From positions 1 to 58,062 of IMG/VR virus record IMGVR_UViG_3300037608_000036: a stretch of DNA of 58,062 nt; one strand, written 5' to 3'. The notes under the pieces are model-generated. The model was not told where the DNA came from. It made no database searches and saw only the letters and a list, made by a program, of their open reading frames with translations. A program made the position numbers and the translations under genes. Shown here piece after piece: positions 9,579 through 19,887 of the stretch (position 1 is the stretch's first letter; every line of letters starts with the position of its first letter). Source of the DNA: a virus. Its lineage: Duplodnaviria; Caudoviricetes.

Positions 9579-9621
9579 GCCGGATTGCAGATCGAAATCT
9601 GTGATCCGGCTTTTTATTTTT
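9579..9621 (+). terminator. Intrinsic terminator between the portal block and the head genes
   Basis: gccggattgcagat-cgaa-atctgtgatccggc hairpin plus T tract. Confidence 0.75.
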
Positions 9622-9738
9622 GAGGCGCGGCCGGCCAGTAACCCAAAACGAACGGGCACAGTCAGAACGCCGAAAGCAATCTGACAAATCCCTGCGGCCG
9701 AGGGGTTTTGGGTGAATCGGGCTTTTAAGGAGGCAGCA

Positions 9739-10524
9739 ATGCCAGAACTAACACCGGGCGTAATTCAGGCTCCCGCCGCCGGGGGGCAGCCAGCAGTTCA
9801 ACCCGCACAACCTTCGGGCGGACAACCCGCAGGAAGTCCGGCAGCACAACCAGCAGGAGCAGCAAAAGAGGTCATGGTTCCCTTACATGTAGTGGAGGCG
9901 GTAAGAAACGAACTCTCAACATTCAAAGGGAAAAACAGCGAGTTAGAGGAGAAGCTGATGCAGTTTCAAATGATGCCGCCGCCGGCAGCACAACCAGCAG
10001 CGGCGGCACCCGCAGCGCCCACCGACCCGCTCGATGGCATGGACGATGATGAACTGGTCAACGTCAAGGATATCCGAAAGATAATCCAGACGGTGAAACA
10101 GGACAACAGTTCCGTGGCCCCCTTAAAGGCCGATTTCGCCAAGCTCCAGCTGCACGTAATGGACCCGAATTATGAAACAACGATTCGGAATTATTTACCC
10201 GAAATGGTCACCGTAAACCCCATGCTGAAAGGTATGATCATGCGTGCGGAAAACCCGCTGGCCGCAGCTTTGGCCGTTGCCCGGATGTCTCCCAAGTTCA
10301 TCCAGGCGATGGAGGCCGCCAAGGCCGGTGGAACGGCTCCATCTCCGCCAAAAGACATCCTCTCCGATCTTCAGAGGATAATCGAGAACGCCGCCAAACC
10401 CGGAGCACCCGGGGCGATGGGCGGCGGGGGCGGGGCTGTAGCCGGTAACGATCGGTTCCGTACCATGAATGATGCCGATTTCGATAATGAAGTGCAGCGC
10501 GTTCTCTCGGGGATGCCACGGTGA
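9739..10524 (+). CDS. Capsid scaffolding protein
   Basis: AAGGAGG RBS; Pro/Ala-rich with coiled coil and 'M.DADF' tail; immediately before the MCP. Confidence 0.7.
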   Translation: MPELTPGVIQAPAAGGQPAVQPAQPSGGQPAGSPAAQPAGAAKEVMVPLHVVEAVRNELSTFKGKNSELEEKLMQFQMMPPPAAQPAAAAPAAPTDPLDGMDDDELVNVKDIRKIIQTVKQDNSSVAPLKADFAKLQLHVMDPNYETTIRNYLPEMVTVNPMLKGMIMRAENPLAAALAVARMSPKFIQAMEAAKAGGTAPSPPKDILSDLQRIIENAAKPGAPGAMGGGGGAVAGNDRFRTMNDADFDNEVQRVLSGMPR

Positions 10525-10542
10525 TAAAAAATAGGAGGCATT

Positions 10543-11472
10543 ATGCCTGATGTAGTCACAACCTCAAGCCAAGTAGCGCCGGGACTGGACACGTTCTATG
10601 ATCGCGTGATCCTCCGATCCGCCACGCCTCGCTTGACCCACTTAAAGTGGGCGCAAGAGGCGACGTTAGACCAGAAAAGCGGGACGATTTATAAGTGGCA
10701 CCGGTACGACGACCTGACCGATGCTACGACCCCGCTGCCCGAAGGAACCGACCCTGATGCACAGCCGTTGAGCAATATTTCATTAACGGCGCAGGTCGCA
10801 TGGTACGGCACATACGTAAAAATTACGGATGTCGTCGATCTTACCAACCAGGACCCCGTTTTGACCCGCGTTGCGTCTGACAAGCTGGGCCGAAACGAAG
10901 GCAAAACGTTTGACACGCTGGCAAGGGACATCCTTGCGGCAACCGCTTCGCAGGTAAACGCTTCTGGCGGAATCAACGGCAGTACCCCGACCGAAATCAC
11001 CCGGACCGATATCGACACGGTAGTTGAAACCCTTCTGGGCAACGACGCCGAGTTTGTCGCTCCGATGATCAAGGCCGGAACCGGCCAGGGAACCATGCCC
11101 GTAAGGGCGGCTTTCTGGGGAATTATCAAGAGCACCATCGTTATGGACCTCGAAGCTTGTGTGGGCTTTACCGGGGTTCAGGGCTACAGTGCCCAGATGG
11201 GAGTCGATGACGCTGAATGGGGCGCGGTAGGCAATGTGAGATTCCTTCACAGCTCAAACGCCAAACTGAGTTCCACTATTTACCCCATTCCGATCATCGG
11301 CAAGGACGCCTATGGTACTGTTAACCTGGGCAAAACCAAAAACGTCGTTCACGGATTCGATACCGCTGGTTCTCCGCTGAATCGTTACGCAACGTCAGGG
11401 TGGATTGCCCCCTGGGCCTGCCGGATTCTTAACGACCTATTCATGCTGCAGCTGCGCGTGACGGCGGCATAA
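10543..11472 (+). CDS. Major capsid protein (N4-gp56 family)
   Basis: 'TPLPEGTDP', 'YG.YV.ITD', 'YS......AEWG.V..VRF', 'G.DAYG', 'PLN....GW' motifs. Confidence 0.9.
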   Translation: MPDVVTTSSQVAPGLDTFYDRVILRSATPRLTHLKWAQEATLDQKSGTIYKWHRYDDLTDATTPLPEGTDPDAQPLSNISLTAQVAWYGTYVKITDVVDLTNQDPVLTRVASDKLGRNEGKTFDTLARDILAATASQVNASGGINGSTPTEITRTDIDTVVETLLGNDAEFVAPMIKAGTGQGTMPVRAAFWGIIKSTIVMDLEACVGFTGVQGYSAQMGVDDAEWGAVGNVRFLHSSNAKLSSTIYPIPIIGKDAYGTVNLGKTKNVVHGFDTAGSPLNRYATSGWIAPWACRILNDLFMLQLRVTAA

Positions 11473-11486
11473 GGAGGAGGTGCATC

Positions 11487-12164
11487 ATGGGACAAATTAA
11501 AACGGGTAAGTTCATCTCCACCGGGGAAATCGTAAACCTGAACCTTGGGTTTATCCCGGCTTATGCGGAGATCAGAAACGCCAACGCTGCGGCCGGTGAA
11601 GTCGCAACCCTGGTTTATTTTAACCAAAACGGTGATGCCCAGGAAATCTGGGAATATTGCATCAACGACCAGGGCACAGCTGTTGCGGCCAACATCCTGA
11701 AGAAAGCGAGCGCCGGGTATGTTTCCGAGTACGATACTGTAACAATCGGAAATCGTAAATCCTGCACCTTTGACGATACCTCCGGCGCGGCGGAGGATCT
11801 CATCAGTTGCACCCTTGCGGCTGACGTGCCGGCAAACAACGATATTGTCAAATTCGTGGCTGGCGGCGGGCTTCCGACAACGGCCCCCACGGCGCTGGTC
11901 AATTACCACGTGATTGACAGCGAAGTATATGGCGCCGGGACGTTCCGGATCTCCCTTACCAAGGGTGGTGCGGCGGTCAATTTCGGCAGCGACGGGACCC
12001 CTGCGAACTATTTCTTTAATGTGAGCAATCCCGACGGACCAGTTGTCCAGGGCGGAAAAGGCTTGGCCATTTCGGCTTCTTTTTCCGACGACAGCGATGT
12101 TATCTTTTATGTCGCTATCGAGGCTGACCGAGACGAAAACCTTGGCGATTCAGCCAACTGGTAA
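11487..12164 (+). CDS. Putative capsid decoration/virion protein
   Basis: Strong RBS; follows the MCP; 'LNLGFIPAY' N-terminus. Confidence 0.6.
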   Translation: MGQIKTGKFISTGEIVNLNLGFIPAYAEIRNANAAAGEVATLVYFNQNGDAQEIWEYCINDQGTAVAANILKKASAGYVSEYDTVTIGNRKSCTFDDTSGAAEDLISCTLAADVPANNDIVKFVAGGGLPTTAPTALVNYHVIDSEVYGAGTFRISLTKGGAAVNFGSDGTPANYFFNVSNPDGPVVQGGKGLAISASFSDDSDVIFYVAIEADRDENLGDSANW

Positions 12165-12225
12165 TATAAACCCTTAACACAGCCGGGGGGAGAGATCTCC
12201 CCGGCCCTCCGAAAGAGGTTAAATC

Positions 12226-12696
12226 ATGAACGAAAAGGAAAAAACCCAGATAAAGATGGAACGCGACAGGATTATCAGAAAAAGAGTTGAGGACTCAAAA
12301 GTCATTGACCCGACGGTCAGGGTGCGGTTCCAGAACATCGAAGATCCGCCTGCTGCGGGGAGACCGAGCCCTCCGTTGTCATTTACCTATAACCAGTACA
12401 TTTTCAAGGAATCCCGCACAGAAGGAGAGACCGACACCGCATTGAGGCACGGTGAGGAATACGACCTCCCACTTTCGGTTGTAAATCATCTGAACACCCT
12501 CAAGGTCCCGGTCTACGGCCACAAAATCGACCCTGTAACCAGAGCCCTGAAAAGCTATGTGGTTACGGAACAGAACCGTTTTTCCTGTGTGCCGGTCGAT
12601 ATGGGGAAATTTATACAGACTCAGGCCGAGCCCAATGTGAACATGAAACGCGGGAAGCCGATAAAAGAAACCAATGAAACCGCGCAGGCGGCATAA
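12226..12696 (+). CDS. Hypothetical protein
   Basis: RBS; 156-aa ORF in the structural operon. Confidence 0.7.
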   Translation: MNEKEKTQIKMERDRIIRKRVEDSKVIDPTVRVRFQNIEDPPAAGRPSPPLSFTYNQYIFKESRTEGETDTALRHGEEYDLPLSVVNHLNTLKVPVYGHKIDPVTRALKSYVVTEQNRFSCVPVDMGKFIQTQAEPNVNMKRGKPIKETNETAQAA

Positions 12697-12707
12697 GGAG
12701 TAAATCC

Positions 12708-13496
12708 ATGGCAGTAATTAAAAAAAGAATCAACTGGGAGGCCGTTGCCAATCCTGAAGCTCTTTTCAAGCTCCTGAACGCAATAGATACGGAGATTGAC
12801 GAGACGCGGACGCTGACAACCGAGCTTCGAACGGATCACGCAACGTTCAAGGCGGCGGCGGATGCCGTTGAAACCCTGATCGAAGAACTCCATGACGACC
12901 ATGCCACCAATAAAGCATTGATTGACGAACTTCTCTTCAAAGTGGCGTTCCTTGTCCACCGAGACCAGAACCGGTCTGTCGCCGGCACAAACCCGGTATT
13001 TGCGATTGACACAAACTTCGATGTTAAAAACACCGAAACGGTTACCTTCCTTGCTGCCGGCGTTCCTTACACGTTGACGGACAATACCAATTGTGACACC
13101 GGGACCACGAAGACCATCACCGCTTCACAATGGGCGGCGTTTGTTGTTGATGCCTCCGATGCCACCACCTTGGCAGCCACATGGACCACGGCTAACTTTG
13201 CATCGGAGGCATTGGCTTTGGCTGCGGCGAGGGCTATACCGTTTGTGGCAGGCAAGGCGCGTTTGGGCATCGTAACGGTCAACGCGCATGCTTCCGGATT
13301 CACCGCAGGGACGGATGCTTTAACAACCGGTACAGGCGGAAACGTTGCGACCGCAACGAACTATTACCAGTTCTTTGACCTTGTCCCGATTACGTCAACC
13401 ACAAGCGCAGCCACTTTGGGATCTCCTAAGCCGGCTTCTGCTCCCGCCACCATCACAGCGGCGGCAGTAACCGAGCAGGTCTCAAAGTCCCTGTAA
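12708..13496 (+). CDS. Virion protein, paralogue A (carries the shared ~125-aa domain)
   Basis: RBS; N- and C-terminal similarity to 13510..14103 (VTEQVSKSL). Confidence 0.7.
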   Translation: MAVIKKRINWEAVANPEALFKLLNAIDTEIDETRTLTTELRTDHATFKAAADAVETLIEELHDDHATNKALIDELLFKVAFLVHRDQNRSVAGTNPVFAIDTNFDVKNTETVTFLAAGVPYTLTDNTNCDTGTTKTITASQWAAFVVDASDATTLAATWTTANFASEALALAAARAIPFVAGKARLGIVTVNAHASGFTAGTDALTTGTGGNVATATNYYQFFDLVPITSTTSAATLGSPKPASAPATITAAAVTEQVSKSL

Positions 13497-13509
13497 GGAG
13501 GGTTGTTCT

Positions 13510-14103
13510 ATGGCTACAAGAAGAATATCCATTGAAGCGGTAAAGGACCCCGTTCAACTGGTGAAGCTGTTGAATGCTCTTGATACCGAAATGGACGCTG
13601 TGCGTGTGCTTTTAAACACGCTTAGAACCGAAACACTTACACGGTGTCTTGGCCCGGCTAATTTTGAAATCAGAACAGATTTTGACATTCAAAATGGCGA
13701 TGGTTTCAATATTATGGTTAACGGGGAGATTATCCCCGTTGCCACAGACCAAGAGTTTGATACGGGCACAGAAACCGTGATTGCGACAAATGCGTATTGG
13801 GCGGCGGCCATATTAAGTATCGATGACGACGGCACTACCGGGCATGTTGATTGGGGGGCCGAAGCTGCATCAGAGGCTTTGGCCTTGGCGAACCTTGCCA
13901 GTATAACGCCTTCCGGAGATGTGGTTTGCGGATATGTTGCCGTTCACGCCAAGGCTGCAAATGATTTGGTTGCGGGAACGGACGCTTTAACGGGCGGGAC
14001 CGGAGGACAGGTAGCGCAGGCAACCAGCTATTACAATCAGATCAATATTGGTATCGGGGCTATTGCATCCGGCGTGACTGAGCAAACCAGCAAAAGCCTT
14101 TAA
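13510..14103 (+). CDS. Virion protein, paralogue B
   Basis: RBS; shares KLLNAxDTE, ASEALALA, AGTDALT and VTEQxSKSL with the upstream gene. Confidence 0.7.
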   Translation: MATRRISIEAVKDPVQLVKLLNALDTEMDAVRVLLNTLRTETLTRCLGPANFEIRTDFDIQNGDGFNIMVNGEIIPVATDQEFDTGTETVIATNAYWAAAILSIDDDGTTGHVDWGAEAASEALALANLASITPSGDVVCGYVAVHAKAANDLVAGTDALTGGTGGQVAQATSYYNQINIGIGAIASGVTEQTSKSL

Positions 14104-14112
14104 ACATGGAGG

Positions 14113-14742
14113 TTGGCTATGGCTTGGACTGTAGCGCAGGTCACATCGCTGTTCCGGGATCTGACTGGTAGAAAATCGGCTAACCAGATCTCGGATGCGA
14201 ATATCCTTGTCGAGATAAACCATTATTTTCAATATATTTTTCCCGGTGAAGCCGGTATTCCGGAGTTTAAGGGCTGGTACACGTTTAACACAGTGGACGG
14301 GACCGGGAGCCAGGCAATACCCGATTCTGTACCCGAGGTTCATCCACCGGCATATGTCGACGACGACGACGCTACCCTTTGGACAGACGAGACCCGGTTT
14401 TATCAGGAGTATCCGCACGATTTTACTACCAAAAACAAGCCAAGCGATATCTTATTGCTTGACCGCACCCTGATTCTGCGCCCAATTCCTGACGATGCCT
14501 ACGAGGTTCGACTACGAAAGAAATCAAGCGTTCCAGACGCCCTGACTTCCGGGGATTTAGACAATTCCCTTTGGGGACCGTCCATCGCCTATGGAACGGC
14601 AATTATGTTTATGTCGCAAAAAGGGGAGGTTGACGAAGCTCAGGTGCACGCCCCGGTCTATAAGTATCATCTTGATACAATTAAAAATCAGATTATCCGG
14701 CAGCAACCTTTAGGCAGGCGTCCGGTCGGGGGGAGGTTTTAA
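14113..14742 (+). CDS. Head-tail adaptor (tail tubular protein A-like)
   Basis: Size and position; 'LILRPIPDDAYEV' and 'IAYGTA' adaptor-like motifs. Confidence 0.65.
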   Translation: MAMAWTVAQVTSLFRDLTGRKSANQISDANILVEINHYFQYIFPGEAGIPEFKGWYTFNTVDGTGSQAIPDSVPEVHPPAYVDDDDATLWTDETRFYQEYPHDFTTKNKPSDILLLDRTLILRPIPDDAYEVRLRKKSSVPDALTSGDLDNSLWGPSIAYGTAIMFMSQKGEVDEAQVHAPVYKYHLDTIKNQIIRQQPLGRRPVGGRF

Positions 14743-15062
14743 TGGTAGGTCACGACCTCACCAGGGAAGAAATCATGGAGCGGGCAAACAAGGCCTGGGA
14801 TCTTTCCGGACCGCTTCCTCTTTTCTTGTGGCCGGTACAGTGCCCGGTCTGTCGGTCACTCGATGTAATGGCCAAGGCGGCCAACTTCTTTCAGAGAAAA
14901 CCGGAAGATTACCGTTGTGACGTGGTGATGAAGTGTACCGTTTGTTCTGCGGTCTGGATCCATGGAGTAGTTGTTCCGGAAGAAATGGCCAAGCCGCGAA
15001 TTCGCGCCGGCGGCTGGACGTGGAGAGAGATGCGGGAGGAGATAATAAATGCCAGAATTTGA
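14742..15062 (+). CDS. Hypothetical CxxC protein
   Basis: Coupled ORF; CPVC and CTVC. Confidence 0.6.
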   Translation: MVGHDLTREEIMERANKAWDLSGPLPLFLWPVQCPVCRSLDVMAKAANFFQRKPEDYRCDVVMKCTVCSAVWIHGVVVPEEMAKPRIRAGGWTWREMREEIINARI

Positions 15063-15921
15063 CAAAGACAAGCCGGCGGGGGCTACCAAACTCAGGCTTT
15101 CTGATGATCACATTCGAGAAAATAACGATGCCCTGGAAGATGCCATAGGGAGAGACCACCAGTTTCCAACAGGTTATGGAACGACCGCCGGAAAGCATAC
15201 CGTCATTCAACTGATCGATCAGGCCGGAGACGAAGCCGCAGACGCAGCAGACATTAAGATTTGGAACAATGCCGGAGATTTGCGTGCAATCGTTCCCGGA
15301 GGGACGGCGTTTAAGATTGCATCGGATGGAGACGTTACGGGGGTTCTGAACGCGCCTGCCGGAACCGAAATGATCTTTATTCAGGATGCTGCGCCGACCG
15401 GATGGACGAGGAACGCTGCGCGTCAAGATGGAGCTATGCTTGTCTACGCGGCGGCCGGAGCGGTCGCGGCGGGTGGTTCAGCCGATGCGAAAACAGCCCA
15501 CACCCACACGGGGACTTCGCACAGCCACGACCTGAGCAACCACACACACACAGGCCCATCGCACACGCATACCGGCCCAAGCCATACGCATACCTTGTCT
15601 CATTACCATGCTGCCGGGGACTTGGTGATTCCTAATCATACACACACGTTACCGGGTGCGACTTCAACCGTCATGAAGATTGATGCCGCAGAAAGCAATT
15701 ATAGTCCCACGACCGGCAACCCATCGGCCACGGCCGTAACAGGAAACACCGGTTACAACAGCCATGATTCAGGGTCAGGCGGTACAGGCGCAACGGGGGC
15801 AGGCGGGACAGGGGCGACGGGAGCTCCGTCGAGCAATGCCACTTCGACGGGCGGGACAGGAGCGACCGGGGCAAATTCAGCGCCCTACTACCAGGAGGTA
15901 ATTTCGTGCGTGAAAGATTAG
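15049..15921 (+). CDS. Short tail fibre with HxH metal-binding repeats
   Basis: 'AAPTGW' collar-like motif, repeated HTH/HSH (HTHTGPSHTH), Gly-rich segment, 'PYYQEVISCVKD' end. Confidence 0.7.
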   Translation: MPEFDKDKPAGATKLRLSDDHIRENNDALEDAIGRDHQFPTGYGTTAGKHTVIQLIDQAGDEAADAADIKIWNNAGDLRAIVPGGTAFKIASDGDVTGVLNAPAGTEMIFIQDAAPTGWTRNAARQDGAMLVYAAAGAVAAGGSADAKTAHTHTGTSHSHDLSNHTHTGPSHTHTGPSHTHTLSHYHAAGDLVIPNHTHTLPGATSTVMKIDAAESNYSPTTGNPSATAVTGNTGYNSHDSGSGGTGATGAGGTGATGAPSSNATSTGGTGATGANSAPYYQEVISCVKD

Positions 15922-16068
15922 CCGCAATTAAAGATTGTTCTGAAGAAATCCCCTGCAAATGTGGGTGTGGAACGATGCGGTTGCGCTACGATAAGTAATG
16001 CGCTAACCCATGAGCAGATGAAAGACATTGTCGGGCCGCTGATCCGGCAAAATAGAGAAGGGCGGTAA

Positions 16069-16458
16069 ATGGACAAAGACACCCGTACGTCAATGAAAGG
16101 CGCTCCCTGTATCCGGGGGATTAAAGCATTCAAAAGATGTCCCGGAACGGTCTGGGATGGAAAACAGGGCTGCCCGCTATGGTTTGAAGACTTGATCACG
16201 GTCCAGGAAGGCCAGGTCAAGAAAGAAGTTATCAGGGCGCAGTGTGCAGACCGCTGGCAGTATGATTTCCTCTGGTGGAACAATGCCAGGCTTGCCGGTA
16301 ACCAGCACGCCGTCGAGTCTTTCAGAAATAACATGACCGTTGACGGCTCGCCGAAACCAGATCCGGCTATGCTGAAGCTGGTGTATCTTGTTCAGGAGCA
16401 ACAGAGGGTCGGCCTTCTTGCTGATAAAAAAGCAAGGGAGATATCTCAGGGGGCATAA
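16069..16458 (+). CDS. Hypothetical protein (possible fibre chaperone)
   Basis: Cys-rich; 'AVESFRNNM' motif; follows the fibre gene. Confidence 0.6.
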   Translation: MDKDTRTSMKGAPCIRGIKAFKRCPGTVWDGKQGCPLWFEDLITVQEGQVKKEVIRAQCADRWQYDFLWWNNARLAGNQHAVESFRNNMTVDGSPKPDPAMLKLVYLVQEQQRVGLLADKKAREISQGA

Positions 16459-16811
16459 TGACACTCGGAAACCACAACGCTGCCAGTAGCTACCGGAACA
16501 AAACCGCTTACAAACTCCGTGCAGTCTGCTGCGAAATAAGTGGTCAAATAAAAATCGTGTCCCCACCCGTCTCGAATATGAGCGGCGAAAGGAAGGTTTT
16601 CTAAAGATGGGATTTCGCTACATTTTGAGTCAAGCCATATATAAAATTCTACAGACACGGCGGAATTTATCATCGCCTTACAAATGGCGGGAGTGGGAAC
16701 TTCAAGCTGGATATATACCCTGTCTATCTTGTTGTGAACTTGAAGATATCTACCCGAGGAACAACCCGTTATGAGCAGCGCGATCACGAACAAGATAGGC
16801 AGACGTTTCAT
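16446..16811 (-). CDS. Lipoprotein (moron; possible superinfection exclusion)
   Basis: Signal peptide II with lipobox LITGC; AAGGAG RBS; antisense to the structural operon. Confidence 0.7.
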   Translation of the reverse strand: MKRLPILFVIALLITGCSSGRYLQVHNKIDRVYIQLEVPTPAICKAMINSAVSVEFYIWLDSKCSEIPSLENLPFAAHIRDGWGHDFYLTTYFAADCTEFVSGFVPVATGSVVVSECHYAP

Positions 16812-16884
16812 GGCAGCACTCCTTTGTTTGGGATTTAAGCAGATATTAATACTTCATCCGGGAAATAGTCAAGGATTTTATTAA

Positions 16885-19104
16885 ATGCCGCCTTATGAGC
16901 TATTTTTGATCAGCAATCTTCGTTACGGCCTGGAAGAAGGGCTTCAACCCTGGCTTATTCCGCAGGACGCCTGGGCTACGCTGACAAACGCCTATCTTCG
17001 CCGGGGAGTGCTTTGTAAGCGAAACGGCATGATTGAATTTACCAGAATGGTCCACGCTGTTGCTGATGAGGCTATCGGGGCTTTGGGAACAGATCATTAT
17101 ACCGGCACGCTTGCAGAGTTTCCTATAAGGGTCGGGGACCTCTCTTTTACCGATGGAACCCTTCTTTTGGAAGATGACGGCGACGGAACTTTATCGGGAG
17201 ACGGGACGGGTACAATCGTTTACACGACAGGTGTCTACGATATTACCTTCAGTGGAAACACCACCGGGGCAGTGACGGCAGACTATGACTTTTACCCGGG
17301 ACTTTCGCTTGTCGGAATCGAGGGGTATTCAAATTTAACCACGACCGAAACCGATTTAATGGTTTTTGATAAAAGACGCTGCGGAAAATGGGACACAACC
17401 AACGAGAAATTAGAGGATACCAACGGAGTTGATGTATGGACAGGCGGTGACTTTGATTACTTCTGGGGATGTAACGCCAGAAATTATCTTTATGTAACCA
17501 ATAACGTTGACAGGATAAAAAGGTGGACCGGCTCTGCCTGGCAGACATTGTTAATGGACGTGTCTCTTTACACGGCCGGAATTGTCAGCCCTACGGCTCT
17601 TGGAATAGGCACAACCGCGGAAAAAATTGCATCTACCGCATTTCAGTATTACATCAACGGGATTGTTTATAGCAAATCCGCCGTTGCCGCCGGAACTGCG
17701 TTTTCGGCAGCGGATACCATCAACGTCGGCGCCGCAGGGGGAAGTTTCTGGGGAATATGGGCCGTTCAGATAAATACCGCCGGAACCATCAGCACCAAAA
17801 GCCCGGCCGCAGATCAGACTTACGCCAATGAAGCCGCAGCGATCGTGGACCTCCCAGACGCAGACACCGGAAATGTCAGAATCGGTTATGTTACGGTTCA
17901 AAGCAACGCGGGGGTTTCATGGGTCGCCAATACAGGTGATTTAACCCCTACGAGCGATTGTCTTGACAGCAATTTCTACAACACAGCGGCGGACTCTTTA
18001 GTTTCTGTTTCTTCCTGCAAGTTTCTGATTTTTTATAAAGAAAGGATTGTTTCTCTGCGCCCCTTCGAAGGCGGAACTCTCCATCCGCAACGGGCGCGAT
18101 GGTGTAAACCCGAAGACCATACAGACTGGACCAATGACGGCTATGTCGATGCGCCCACAAACGACTGGATTATGGCCTGCGATTTTATCGGGGAAAACCT
18201 GGTGGTATGGTTTGAAAATTCCGTTTGGCGATTGAAATACACCAGTGATGCGACACTTCCCTTTGAGTGGGAGCAGATTGATGTAACCACGGGGTGTTAT
18301 GCGCCGTTTTCCGGGTTTAATTACAATGACGTAATGGCGGCGGTCGGGGCTACCAATATCGTTGAAACGGACAATCTGAGAGTTTACGAGATCGATCAGA
18401 AGATACCTGATGTCGTTATCGGGATGGATCAGTCTCAGTTCGAAAAAATTTATTCCATCCCGATTCAAGAATTGCAGCAGGTTTTAATATCATACCCCGA
18501 AGTGGACGATACCGAGAACACCCACTCTATTTGTTACAATTACGCAGACAAATCCTGGTCACGATATGACTTTGGTTTTAATATCTACGGATTTTACAAA
18601 GAAGGAGAAATAGGATTAACCCTTGATGAGATTGAAGACACATGGCAGGAGGCGGAGTATGCCTGGGACGATAAAACCAGACAGGCGGGCTACCCGATTA
18701 CTTTGGGGGGCGATGTTGACGGATATGTCTGGAAGATAAACTACGGCGGAAGCGACAACGGCAGTGCGATTTCTTTCGAGGCCTTTTCGGGAAGATGGAA
18801 TCCATACTTAAAACACGGTAAGTCGGCCCGCTTTGGCTGGATTGACTTTTATGTCGACCGGGACCCGAACGTTGACATGACGGTAACATTTTACGCTCAT
18901 ACCGGCGGAAAAGAAGAGGTTGTTGCCACCCAGACCGTGACTTTTGGGGAAAGCGGCGATAACGCAGACAAGGTATGGGTCAGGGCCGATAATGGAGCCA
19001 TCGGGGATTTTCATCGGGTAAAACTCACAAATAATTCCAGCGATCAGACCATAAGAATTCATGCAATGAAAGTCTGGATGAAACCTGCCGGAGATATGCG
19101 GTAA
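16885..19104 (+). CDS. Tail nozzle / DNA-stabilisation protein (tail tubular B or P22 gp10-like) with an inserted domain
   Basis: 739 aa, beta-rich; 'QRARWC..ED..DW' propeller-type motifs; position after adaptor and fibre. Confidence 0.7.
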   Translation: MPPYELFLISNLRYGLEEGLQPWLIPQDAWATLTNAYLRRGVLCKRNGMIEFTRMVHAVADEAIGALGTDHYTGTLAEFPIRVGDLSFTDGTLLLEDDGDGTLSGDGTGTIVYTTGVYDITFSGNTTGAVTADYDFYPGLSLVGIEGYSNLTTTETDLMVFDKRRCGKWDTTNEKLEDTNGVDVWTGGDFDYFWGCNARNYLYVTNNVDRIKRWTGSAWQTLLMDVSLYTAGIVSPTALGIGTTAEKIASTAFQYYINGIVYSKSAVAAGTAFSAADTINVGAAGGSFWGIWAVQINTAGTISTKSPAADQTYANEAAAIVDLPDADTGNVRIGYVTVQSNAGVSWVANTGDLTPTSDCLDSNFYNTAADSLVSVSSCKFLIFYKERIVSLRPFEGGTLHPQRARWCKPEDHTDWTNDGYVDAPTNDWIMACDFIGENLVVWFENSVWRLKYTSDATLPFEWEQIDVTTGCYAPFSGFNYNDVMAAVGATNIVETDNLRVYEIDQKIPDVVIGMDQSQFEKIYSIPIQELQQVLISYPEVDDTENTHSICYNYADKSWSRYDFGFNIYGFYKEGEIGLTLDEIEDTWQEAEYAWDDKTRQAGYPITLGGDVDGYVWKINYGGSDNGSAISFEAFSGRWNPYLKHGKSARFGWIDFYVDRDPNVDMTVTFYAHTGGKEEVVATQTVTFGESGDNADKVWVRADNGAIGDFHRVKLTNNSSDQTIRIHAMKVWMKPAGDMR

Positions 19105-19887
19105 ATGGCTAAACTTCCGACATCAATAAATCTTCCCTGGAAACCCGACCATGCGAGCATTCAGGGGAAAAACGGGTATGTAATTAACTTACAGCAGGTA
19201 GAGTATTTAAAAGACCTGATAAAGGCCATCGTCAAAATGTACGGGGATATCGCCAATGCGATGAATCTTAACCGCAGCGACATGGATGCCCTGTTAATCG
19301 ATGAAGACGACTTTATTTCAAATCTTGACACCAAAGCGCCCACGCAGCAGAGCACGAAAGCCTATGTTGATGGCAAGGTAAGCGATTCTGCCTTTGCCGC
19401 CGGGTGGGACGGGGTAACGGGGATAGCGCCTTCAAAAAACGCCGTTTATGATGCTGTAATTGATGAAGACAATATGGCCTCGAATTCCGATGCGCGCTGG
19501 CCGACGCAACAAAGTGTCAAGGCGTATGTAGATGGTAAGGGTTATGTGGACAGGGGGGACCCGGCGGCATATGATTTTACCCTTGCAGGTCTTACTACCG
19601 ATGGCACTTACCGGGAACTTGATTGCGGCGCTATCGTTCCGGCAGGAGCAAAGGCGATTCATTTCCTGATTGTAATTCAAGATAATGCGGCCGGGATGCA
19701 GTTTGTTTTAAGAGACAACGCCAATTCCAACCCCTACAACACTTCAAGCATATTCACGCAAGTCGCCGGGGTTTATATGAACGCCGATTTTATCGTCGCC
19801 TGCGATACTGATAGGAAGCTAAAGTATTTTGCATCAAACACCACTTGGACGGTTATTAATATATTGGTCAGAGGCTGGTGGCTATGA
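19105..19887 (+). CDS. Tail-associated protein with an internal duplication
   Basis: Two copies of IDED...SN....PTQQS.KAYVDGK. Confidence 0.6.
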   Translation: MAKLPTSINLPWKPDHASIQGKNGYVINLQQVEYLKDLIKAIVKMYGDIANAMNLNRSDMDALLIDEDDFISNLDTKAPTQQSTKAYVDGKVSDSAFAAGWDGVTGIAPSKNAVYDAVIDEDNMASNSDARWPTQQSVKAYVDGKGYVDRGDPAAYDFTLAGLTTDGTYRELDCGAIVPAGAKAIHFLIVIQDNAAGMQFVLRDNANSNPYNTSSIFTQVAGVYMNADFIVACDTDRKLKYFASNTTWTVINILVRGWWL

